Translations under genes and position numbers: made by a program | The notes under the pieces: generated by a model | What the model was told of the DNA's origin: nothing | Database searches by the model: none | Seen by the model: the letters and a program-made list of their open reading frames with translations, nothing else | Source of the DNA: a virus | DNA length: 64,000 nucleotides | IMG/VR virus record: IMGVR_UViG_3300030060_004050 | Span: 32,001-96,000 of that record | Strand: one strand, 5' to 3' | Shown here: positions 1-9,600 of the stretch, piece after piece | How positions within the stretch are numbered: the stretch's first letter is position 1 | Layout of the letters: the number at the start of each line of letters is the position of its first letter

Positions 1-2
1 AC

Positions 3-125
3 CTCTTGGATGTAAGAGTTCTACACAATATCGCAGAAAATTCATACGGAGTAACAATCACATATCAAGTTGTAAACTCCCCACAGGTTGAGGACTTGAC
101 ACTAACGATGGAGAGGTTAAGATGA
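3..125 (+). CDS. gp25: Baseplate wedge protein gp25, C-terminal fragment (5' truncated by window)
   Basis: Open frame LLDVRVLHNIAENSYGVTITYQVVNSPQVEDLTLTMERLR*, with the typical gp25 ..ERLR end; ATGA overlap with gp6. Confidence 0.7.
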   Translation, partial: LLDVRVLHNIAENSYGVTITYQVVNSPQVEDLTLTMERLR

Positions 126-2110
126 GCAAAAAAATAGAAATAAACGATTTAGATTTCTTTGGTATCAAGAACAATCTAAAAACGTACCTAAGCGGACTTG
201 ACGAATTCAAAGATTTTAATTTTGAAGGATCGGGAACGTCTATTCTTCTAGACCTTCTTGCTTACGTCACACACTACCAAGGATTCTATAACAACATGGT
301 TGCTAATGAGATGTTCTTAGACAGTGCAGTAAAAAGAACATCCGTTGTTTCTCATGCAAAATCTTTGGGATATACACCAACATCCTCCACCGCAGCAACC
401 GCCGTTGTTGATGTTACAATTAACAATGCAGATTCAAGCACAACCTACCTCACAAAGAGGACAAAATTTACTGCGGCGAAAGATAGTGTTTCGTATACTT
501 TCTCAAACGTGGACACAGAAGAGTTCGAGGTTTTAAACAGCACACAGAAAATTGCCAGAAACGTTACCATAGTAGAGGGGACATGGAGAAATGCATCTTT
601 TGTGGTTGACAGCAATCTTTCAACTCAGAGGTTTATCATTGCAGATAAAAACATAGACACCTCTCGAATGACTGTCAACATTCAAACCTCCACAACCAAC
701 ACATCAGGTTACGCAGATACCTGGTCTCCAGTTTCAGACATTACGACACTTACTCCTACAAGCAAAGTGTATTTTCTACAGGAGACAGAAGAGGGACAAT
801 ATGAACTCTACTTTGGTGACGGGATTCTAGGAACTGCTCTAGCGGATGGAAATCTCATAACGGTGAACTACCTAGTCACCAATGGAGTTGGAGCAAATGA
901 TATTGGAAGTCAAGATTCTGAAAGTTCAAGATCTTTCAGTTCCAGTCTCTCTGGTGTTGCTGATATTGCCGTAGTTACCTCTTCTAACGGAGGTTCGGGT
1001 AAAGAGACTCTTGCTTCAATTAAATTTAATGCGCCCAAGTCATTCCAATCTCAAAATAGAAACGTCACAACAAACGATTACAAGAGTTACATAGAGACAA
1101 ACTACACTAATGCTAGTGATGTTTTTGTTTGGGGTGGTGAAGACAACACTCCTCCGGAGTTTGGTAAAGTGTTTGTCGCTGTAAAACCGTCAAACTCCAC
1201 CGTCTTAAACAACGAAGAAAAGATCAGTTTACAAAACCTTATCAAAGGTCAAAACATAGTCAGCGTGATACCCGATGTTGTTGATCCGGATTACACATAC
1301 CTTAAGATTAACACTAAGGTTTATTTTGATGCAGACAAAACAACAAAAAGTGCAAGTGATATCAGAAGCGAAGTTATTAACGGAATTGTTGCATTTAAAC
1401 TTTTGTCTCTCGAAAAATTCTCTAGAAACTTACGATACTCTAAGTTTGTCAAAGATATAGATGACACTGATCAGTCAATCATCAGTAACGAAACTTCAAT
1501 CATCTTAGAAAAGAGAATAACCCCGTCCATTGGACAGGAGAGTTCGTACACAATTAAATTTGAAAATCCAATTTACCACCCCGTTGATGGATATCAGCCG
1601 GTTGTAAACACATCTGAATTTACATATACCAAAACAGATGGATCTACATGTGAGGCACATATCGACGACGATGGTAGTGGTAAACTAAGACTTTACGAAT
1701 TAGTGGGTGGAGTTAGAACTTACATCTTGACTGATATCGGAGACGTTAACTACGCAACCGGAACTCTGTCGATTGAAAAATTAAACCCGACTTCAATTTC
1801 AGATGGAATTCTAAAGATAACTGTCGAACCAGAGAACAGAGATATTTTGGCTGAAAGAAGTTCAATTCTATTGATTGACACCGGAGACTCCACTGCAATA
1901 ACAGTGAACGTAGAGGCATACAAACCATACGGAACTAACATTTCATCTGGAAGTGTTCAGATTGCTTCAACCGAAACAACCACGACTACAACAAGTAGTA
2001 CAAGCAGTAGCAGCAGTTCTTCATCTTCGAGCAGCAGCAGTAGTAGTAGCAGTGGTGGAGGTGGTTCATCACCAGGCGGTGGAGGTGGTGGATACGGTGG
2101 AGGTTATTGA
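122..2110 (+). CDS. gp6: Baseplate wedge subunit gp6
   Basis: DLDFFGIKNNLKTYL..FKDFNFEGSG..LLDLLAY..NMVANEMFLDSA; SQNRNVTTNDY; VWGGEDNTPPEFGKVF; Ser/Gly-rich tail. Confidence 0.95.
   Translation: MSKKIEINDLDFFGIKNNLKTYLSGLDEFKDFNFEGSGTSILLDLLAYVTHYQGFYNNMVANEMFLDSAVKRTSVVSHAKSLGYTPTSSTAATAVVDVTINNADSSTTYLTKRTKFTAAKDSVSYTFSNVDTEEFEVLNSTQKIARNVTIVEGTWRNASFVVDSNLSTQRFIIADKNIDTSRMTVNIQTSTTNTSGYADTWSPVSDITTLTPTSKVYFLQETEEGQYELYFGDGILGTALADGNLITVNYLVTNGVGANDIGSQDSESSRSFSSSLSGVADIAVVTSSNGGSGKETLASIKFNAPKSFQSQNRNVTTNDYKSYIETNYTNASDVFVWGGEDNTPPEFGKVFVAVKPSNSTVLNNEEKISLQNLIKGQNIVSVIPDVVDPDYTYLKINTKVYFDADKTTKSASDIRSEVINGIVAFKLLSLEKFSRNLRYSKFVKDIDDTDQSIISNETSIILEKRITPSIGQESSYTIKFENPIYHPVDGYQPVVNTSEFTYTKTDGSTCEAHIDDDGSGKLRLYELVGGVRTYILTDIGDVNYATGTLSIEKLNPTSISDGILKITVEPENRDILAERSSILLIDTGDSTAITVNVEAYKPYGTNISSGSVQIASTETTTTTTSSTSSSSSSSSSSSSSSSSSGGGGSSPGGGGGGYGGGY
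1976..2107 (+). repeat. Low-complexity Thr/Ser/Gly-coding tract (AGT/AGC and GGT/GGA runs) at gp6 C-terminus
   Basis: Encodes ETTTTTTSSTSSSSSSSSSSSSSSSSGGGGSSPGGGGGGYGGGY. Confidence 0.85.
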
Positions 2111-2113
2111 TAA

Positions 2114-4306
2114 ATGCCTTTATTAATATTTGAATCCAGTGGTGGACAAGGACAGGATCTCCCGACGCAGATTGTATCTTTATTAACTCCCGCCGATGAA
2201 GGAATTGAAAATCCTATATCATCAATTATTTCAGAGTATCTCCCTGCATTTGTTCGGGACAATCACTCTGGGTTTGTTAATTTTGTAGAGGCATACTACG
2301 AGTGGTTGGAGAAAAAAGCAAATCCCTATGGGACCTCCGCTACGCTCATGGATACCATGGACATCGATAGAACTCTGGATACGTTTATTGATTACTTCAA
2401 GGAAACATATCTACATGACTTTCCAAAAACATTTGCTGAATCAATCTCTGGGAACAAGGTAAACCAGAAAAATATTCTCAAGAACATTAATGATTTCTAT
2501 AAGGCAAAAGGCACTGAAAAGTCATATCAACTTTTATTCAGAATTCTACACGACAGTGATGTTTCGTTTTATTATCCGAAGCAAGATCTCCTTAGAGTTT
2601 CCGATGGTAAATGGGTAGAAAAGAAATCTATCAAAATTACCAGTCAAAACGGAACACAAAATTTTGACATGAAAAATCGTCTTGTGCAGCAGGTCGATTC
2701 AAGATTAAACGGAGCAGTTACTGCCTACGCAAACGTCGATAACGTTTATCAATATGATGTAAACCAGTATAAAATTACCGAGTTATTTCTCACCGACATT
2801 AACGGAGTATTTAATCAAGGTTCTAAACTAAAGTGTACGTTAAGTGACGGAACAGAACTTACCGAAGATATTTTCGGTGTCCCCACAGTTCCCATCACCA
2901 TCTCGAATGGTGGTGCTGGTTATAAAGTCGGAGACTCTGTAGAAATTGATACGACATCAACAGACTACGTTTCCGGTTCTGGTGCAGTAGGATCTGTCAC
3001 CAGAGTTTCTAACACAGGGATTATTCAAACAGCACAGATTGACAACTTCGGAGTTAACTATGCCTCATCAAATGCAGAAAACACTCTGCCTGTTGTATTC
3101 AAATCTGGATCGGGGTTTGGTGCCACTGGATATGTTGATCTGGATGCACTCTGCACATATCCAGGCTATTACGCTAATAATGACGGTAAGGTAAGTTCCA
3201 ACAAAAGAATAAGAGACAATGATCTTTACCAAGAATACTCTTATGTTCTAAAAACAGAAATCTCTCTAGACGCATATAAAGAGCAAATTAAAAAACTTGT
3301 TCACCCCGCAGGCACTAAACTGTTCGGGAACATTTCTATCCTAGACACGGTTACCTCCACTTCACCTTATAGCACACAACTACAACAAAAAACAAAGTCA
3401 GTTGTCGGTAGGTACGCACCATACACGTTTGAAACTCACGATAACTTAAGAGGTGCAACTGGATCTGGAGGTTCCGTAGATTTATATCCAAAGGGATTTA
3501 ATCCCGGTGCAACATCACCCAACCACTGTTTAGCAAATACCGGCGGAAGAATCGGAATTCAATCTACCGGGGATGGTGGTTTTACTATTGGATCTTTTAG
3601 ACAAGGAGAAGGTTTCACTGCTGCTAGTGGTGCGACTGGTGTGATCTTTGGTTGGCATAGAAATAGTGCAACTGGTGGCGCTTTGCTTTTGTACACTGCT
3701 GCCACAGGAGGAACCCTTGGATTTACTTCCGGAGAAACTATCACAGCAACTGGTGGGATGACTGCCTCTGTTACAAGCGTTCAACTTGGAAACGGGACGG
3801 TGTATGAGTTTGATTCTCATGTTCATGTAACAGGCGGAGCAGCACTGACAGCAGGAGCGACTGCGTATGGTGCAACTGCATACTGGGACGTTCAGAGTTC
3901 TCCTATCGTAGCATCAGGAACCACTGAAGTTATAACTGTTCAAAAATTTACAACCACTTCAGGATATACAGCAGGATATGACTTTACCATAGGTAATGTT
4001 GTAACACAAGGTTCTCAAGCAAATGGAAACCTCAGTAGAGGAATTGTCAAAGATTGGATTCCAGGCGCATCTGGTTCTTCCAGCAATACTTTAAAAATAC
4101 AGTTAACCTCTGGTAATAATTTTTCAGCAGGCACAATAAACGAGATAGATAATAGGACAGGAAGTATTTCCGTGTCGTATACTGTAAGTGGATCGATGAC
4201 AGAGGAAACCACCTTTAGAAATAAAGTAAAACATCTAAAGATGGATGACTTCTTAACACTCGCTCCAACATGGCAATACCACAGCGATCATGGATATACA
4301 ATCTAG
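2114..4306 (+). CDS. gp7: Baseplate wedge initiator gp7-like
   Basis: LPAFVRDNHSGFVNFVEAYYEWLE; FYKAKGTEKSYQLLFRIL; IRDNDLYQEYSYVLK..KKLVHPAGTKLFG; lies between gp6 and gp8. Confidence 0.85.
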   Translation: MPLLIFESSGGQGQDLPTQIVSLLTPADEGIENPISSIISEYLPAFVRDNHSGFVNFVEAYYEWLEKKANPYGTSATLMDTMDIDRTLDTFIDYFKETYLHDFPKTFAESISGNKVNQKNILKNINDFYKAKGTEKSYQLLFRILHDSDVSFYYPKQDLLRVSDGKWVEKKSIKITSQNGTQNFDMKNRLVQQVDSRLNGAVTAYANVDNVYQYDVNQYKITELFLTDINGVFNQGSKLKCTLSDGTELTEDIFGVPTVPITISNGGAGYKVGDSVEIDTTSTDYVSGSGAVGSVTRVSNTGIIQTAQIDNFGVNYASSNAENTLPVVFKSGSGFGATGYVDLDALCTYPGYYANNDGKVSSNKRIRDNDLYQEYSYVLKTEISLDAYKEQIKKLVHPAGTKLFGNISILDTVTSTSPYSTQLQQKTKSVVGRYAPYTFETHDNLRGATGSGGSVDLYPKGFNPGATSPNHCLANTGGRIGIQSTGDGGFTIGSFRQGEGFTAASGATGVIFGWHRNSATGGALLLYTAATGGTLGFTSGETITATGGMTASVTSVQLGNGTVYEFDSHVHVTGGAALTAGATAYGATAYWDVQSSPIVASGTTEVITVQKFTTTSGYTAGYDFTIGNVVTQGSQANGNLSRGIVKDWIPGASGSSSNTLKIQLTSGNNFSAGTINEIDNRTGSISVSYTVSGSMTEETTFRNKVKHLKMDDFLTLAPTWQYHSDHGYTI

Positions 4307-4316
4307 GAGATAATAA

Positions 4317-6647
4317 ATGGCATCTGATGCGATGACAAAATCATTCACTCTAACATTTGCAGAAGATCTAGCAAATGAATTTGAAAACGACAACACCAAT
4401 CAATACTTTTTGTATTTTGGTAAGGTTGATTCGTGGGAAAATTTACCATACTCTAGTGCAAGTGCGTCTACTCCTGCTAGTAACGTTGACTCTGTTGATA
4501 GAGCAAACTATGCGAAAAGAGACGCTGTTGCAGCAAAGAGAATTTCCTCCAGAAACATATACAGATTGGTTCCAAGAAATGACTGGACTAGTGGTACAAC
4601 ATACGATGAGTATGATCACACCGCAGAAATGCTGAGTAGCACGACAGTAAAAACATTCTTTGTATACACATCAACGGGAAACATTTACCTTTGCTTAGAC
4701 AACAACAATAGTGGAACATCAACATACGAACCCGATCATACTATTACTTCGCAGGTTTCATATACCGATGGTTATGTTTGGTTGTTCATGGGTAAAGTTC
4801 TTGAAGATGCCAGAGATTTCATTACCGAGTCTTACATTCCCGTTGAGTTTGCACTGGACAACTCGGAAAACTACTTAAACCAGTGGAATGCTCAACAAGC
4901 ATCTGTCGATGGTGCTGTCACAAAAATTAAAGTACAGACTCCGGGAGGCGGATTTACCGCCGCTGCTTGGGTAAGATCTTCTGCGAGTGCAGCAAGCAGC
5001 GAGGAAACAGACACCGAAGTAAGTCAGATCTCTGGAGTTGGTGCTACCACAATTTCAATTGCTGCTACCGATAGCAACATAGATGATTACTATAACAGTT
5101 ACGCAATTTATATAACAAGTGGTCCTGGCGTTGGACAGAGAAGAGTCATAACAGACTACGACGGAGCAAACAGAACAGTTTCATTTGCTGTCCCTCTAAT
5201 TACTGAGGTAAAACCTTCGGTTGGTGGTGTGCAGGGAAGTAAGTATAAAATCATACCGAACCTTGTAATCAATGGTGATGGTGTTTCTGCTGAAGCAGTC
5301 CCCACCCTGAACGCACAGTTTGAAATTACAGGAGTAAATGTAATTAACTCTGGCTATGATTATACGATAGGCGAAGTGGATGTGTATCCAAAGTCTGTCT
5401 CTGGTGGAGTAATTGGTTCAGACAATATTGCTGGACCTACCTTCTCCGTGGTTATCCCTCCCGTTGGAGGACACGCCGACGATATACTCAAAAGTCTTGG
5501 TGCAAACAAGGTAATGATCAGATCCGTAGTTAAGGGAACAGACACAAACTTCAAAACTGCACAAGATTATAGACAAATCACTTTGGTTAAAAATCCGACT
5601 CTTCTTGGTGGAACCAATGATGGTAAAGTGGCAGGATCTGAGATTGTAAGAAGAAAACAACTTAGAGTTGCAAAACCATACTTCATGACAAACAGTTTCA
5701 ACGACTCATCATTCGTCGCAGGAAACTCGGTGATGGGTGAAAATACAAGAGCAACTGGTAAAATTGAAGCATGGATTAGTGACGCAGATGGTTCTGTTGG
5801 TACACTTGAACTCACAAACATTCAAGGTAATTTTGATATTGAAGATCCAACTTCAACTCTTACCAGAATAGTTTTCCCATCTACCGCATCGGGTAACACA
5901 GGAGACTTTACGGTTGGTAATGTTGTAAAGCAAACTACCAGCGGTGTAATTGCAGAGGGGAAAGTGATAAATTGGGTTGCTCCTACAGATGGTCCATACG
6001 AACTTGTAATTAGAGTCACATCAAATTCTTTTTCTGCATCCACTATTGATCTTTCAAATGGTATTCTTGAATATAACTCAACAGGAACTGCGTTGACTGG
6101 TGTTGACTGGCTAGGAAGCACCGTCGTAGAAAGAAAAATGGGAGAACTACTAAAACACTTCTCTTCCATAGACGGAACAACTTTTGAATTTAAGACTTTC
6201 CCGACAACAAATGGATTCCAAAATGTAGCAAGGGCCAATAAACTCACAGATGTTCAGGACGAGGATACACTAGAAAGATCGTACAGACTTACTACCGATC
6301 TGATATTAGAAGATAGTGGTGCAGCGTTTGATGCGAACTCATTTGCAAAAGATGATACATTCTATCAAGTAAATTACGATGCAACTGGTATCACTGGTAA
6401 CATCGTAACCGGAAAAATTGTAGACTGGACTGCTTCGAGTGGATCAACCGGAGTTCTACATCTCAACGATGTGCGGGGATCCTTCTCCGCTGGAGGTATT
6501 TCTGGATCCACAAATCACTCAATTACTACAATTACTCAACCAGAATTAAAAATAGGCTCTGGAGAAGTCTTATACATAGAGAATATAAGACCTGTTACTA
6601 GAGGCATCGAGCAAGATGAAGAAATCAGGATCATAATTGGATTTTAG
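4317..6647 (+). CDS. gp8: Baseplate wedge subunit gp8 (extended)
   Basis: YFLYFGKVDSW; VPRNDWTSGTTYDEY; IYLCLDNN; TDGYVWLFM; PVGGHADDIL..LGANKVMI; GSGEVLYIENIRPVTR..EEIRIIIGF. Confidence 0.9.
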   Translation: MASDAMTKSFTLTFAEDLANEFENDNTNQYFLYFGKVDSWENLPYSSASASTPASNVDSVDRANYAKRDAVAAKRISSRNIYRLVPRNDWTSGTTYDEYDHTAEMLSSTTVKTFFVYTSTGNIYLCLDNNNSGTSTYEPDHTITSQVSYTDGYVWLFMGKVLEDARDFITESYIPVEFALDNSENYLNQWNAQQASVDGAVTKIKVQTPGGGFTAAAWVRSSASAASSEETDTEVSQISGVGATTISIAATDSNIDDYYNSYAIYITSGPGVGQRRVITDYDGANRTVSFAVPLITEVKPSVGGVQGSKYKIIPNLVINGDGVSAEAVPTLNAQFEITGVNVINSGYDYTIGEVDVYPKSVSGGVIGSDNIAGPTFSVVIPPVGGHADDILKSLGANKVMIRSVVKGTDTNFKTAQDYRQITLVKNPTLLGGTNDGKVAGSEIVRRKQLRVAKPYFMTNSFNDSSFVAGNSVMGENTRATGKIEAWISDADGSVGTLELTNIQGNFDIEDPTSTLTRIVFPSTASGNTGDFTVGNVVKQTTSGVIAEGKVINWVAPTDGPYELVIRVTSNSFSASTIDLSNGILEYNSTGTALTGVDWLGSTVVERKMGELLKHFSSIDGTTFEFKTFPTTNGFQNVARANKLTDVQDEDTLERSYRLTTDLILEDSGAAFDANSFAKDDTFYQVNYDATGITGNIVTGKIVDWTASSGSTGVLHLNDVRGSFSAGGISGSTNHSITTITQPELKIGSGEVLYIENIRPVTRGIEQDEEIRIIIGF

Positions 6648-6659
6648 GAGTAACGCTTA

Positions 6660-9600
6660 ATGGTTTACAGTTCAACACTTTTTAATACCGATCCTTATTG
6701 GGACGATTATAACGAAGATAAGAAATTTCTTCGTATGCTGTTTAAACCCGGAAGAGCAGTTCAGGGTAGGGAATTAACTCAACTTCAAACTATTGTCCAA
6801 GATCAAATCAAAAGATTTGGAGATCATATCTTCAAAAATGGCTCTAGAGTTCTTGGTGGGGAACTTACTAACCAAGACGTTGTATTTCTTCGAGTGCAAA
6901 CCACAGAGCAATCTACCTTTAATGATCTTGATGTTTCTGCTCTAATCGGAACCGACATCACAACAAATACACCAGTTGGAACCGATACAAGAAGAGCAAA
7001 GGTTCTTCACGGTATAACTGGATCTACATCCGACAACGACAATTACTATATTCTTATGGTTCAATATGTCGATGGTGGTGGTGGTGCTGGTTCTCAATTC
7101 AACCCAGGCGACTACATCAAGGGAACCACAGGAACAAGCACATACATTGCTAGAGTTGGACTCACCTCTGGTGCAGCAGCAACAGATGCAGCAATAGTAA
7201 ACGGCATTACAGGAACTGCTAAACTTACAACTACGCAAAATGGCATTTTCTTTGTCGATGGTAGTTTTGTAAAGAGCGATACTCAATCAGTCTCTCCCTT
7301 TTCTATGACTGGTGCAAGAGGGTTCATCCGTGACTTCGGGAATCCTACCAGCAGAGTTGGTTTTAATATTGAAAAGACCATTGTAGAACACACCGAGGAT
7401 TATACTCTGAGAGATCCAGCGTCTGGTTCTTTCAACTACAACGCTCCTGGCGCAGATCGATACAAAGTTGATCTTAAACTGGACTTTAAAAACTTTGTAA
7501 ACGACTCCTCTTATGGTGTAAGTGGATTTGGTGATCCCAACTTCATCGACATGGTTAGATTTGTAGATGGTAAAATTAAAGTAACCAACGAGTTTAACCA
7601 GTACTCAGAGATTGAGAAAAATCTTGCCAGGAGAACATACGACGAGTCGGGTTCTTATACTACCAAACCATTTGAAATTGACATCAGAGAATCACTAACA
7701 ACACTAGGTGGACCTTACACATCCAGTGAAGGTGGTGGTGAAACTCTTGCTGCTGTTGGACTACAACCAGGCAAGGCATACGTCTTTGGTTATGAGTTTG
7801 AAACCCAAGGAACACAATATGTTCTTGTTGATAAGGCAAGAACTACGCAAACCTTAACCTCCCAACCAGTAAACGATGCACTCTATGGACAATTCATAAA
7901 GGTATCACCAAAGGCAAACATGTCACTCACTGGTGGTTTTGGAGAACTTCTCTCCACCAACTATCCTCTTGTCCAACTTAAGGATGGTGGTGGTGTAACT
8001 GGTGATGCTAGAGTCAGACAGATTATTCCAAACAACGATTTTGGATCTGCTGGTATGACAGCGATTGCTCAGACTTACAACATGTATCTTTTTGATATCA
8101 ACCTAAATGGCATTACTGCTTTTGGTAATGTCACCACCGTAGGGGAAACCAGTCTTGGAGCAGGAAGTCTCACCGCAGGATTTGTAATCGGATCTGGCGG
8201 AACTGCTGGAACCAGTGGTGGTACAGGTGGAACTATTCTTTTCCAACCCGGATTTAACTCATCCCTGTTCCCACTTCCAATCGGTAACTCTGTCAACGGA
8301 GTTTCAGATCTAACTTATAGAATCTATAAGGGATTCACCTTCTCGACATCTGATGCAACAACAGTTACCACAGTTTCGTCTGGTAGCGATGCAATGACTT
8401 TTGTGGGAACAACAGACTCAACAGACAACGACTCATATTTCCCAACAGACAAAAGATCTTTCTATACCTTAATCTGCGACGATGGTGGTGAGAACTCAAA
8501 GGGTAGATCTGGTGAAAGAGTTTTGACTGATACCATTCAGTTTAAACCGGCATCAGATAAAAAGTCGATTGAAATCGGTCACGCAAGCACCTCATCAAAG
8601 CAACTTGCGCCTGGTAACTATACCCTTATCTCAACAGTAGATGTTGCTGCTCCCTTCTTGTTTAGGAAAAAGACGGCAGCAACTGGAAGCACTTCATACT
8701 CAGTAAACAATGGTTCATCTGTAAGTCTCTCCGGTACTACAGGATCTTACTATGTTCCACTTGATCATCACGATATTATTGATGTCACCAGTGTCGTAGA
8801 CAACAACAACACAGTCTCTAACGCAGTAGGATTAGCAGCATCGGACGTAAAGGGTGCATTCTTGCTAGACAGTGGACAAAGAGACAACTACTACGATTTC
8901 GGTAGGTTGTACCTAAAACCAGACTTGGGTGTGGATGCCATTACTGGAGACATTAACCTAACAGTTAACTATACCAAATTTACACATGGAGCAGGAGAAG
9001 GTCCGTTTGTTGTAGACTCATACACACATGCCACTTCTGGGTTCACTTTTGATAACATTCCAATCTATGTGAGTCCTAAGACTGGTAAGAGTTTCTCTCT
9101 TAGAAACTGCGTTGACTTCCGAGGAACAAAACAATCTGATGGTACAATCAAACCTGACGGTCTAAGTATTAAGAGTTCTTCTGACTTTAGAGCAGACTAC
9201 ACACATCACCTCTCTAGAATTGATAAGATTGTTCTTACCAAAGAAAGAAAGTTTGATGTCATTAAGGGTATTCCTGCACTTAATCCAGTAACTCCTCCAG
9301 ATCGTCCTGATGCGATGACTTTGTATGTCATTACAGTTCCTGCATACACATACGACATCGACGACATTACCACCAAGTATGTTGAAAACAGAAGATACAC
9401 CATGAGAGACATTGGTGGTATCGAAAAGAGAGTTGAGCGGCTAGAATACTTTACAACTCTTTCTCTTCTGGAACAGCAAACAGAAAGCACATATTTTGCA
9501 GACAACGATGGTAATGATATCTTCAAGAACGGAATCTTGGTAGACGCATTCCGAGGACACTCTGTTGGAGATGTTCTAAACGGAGACTATGATTGTTCAA

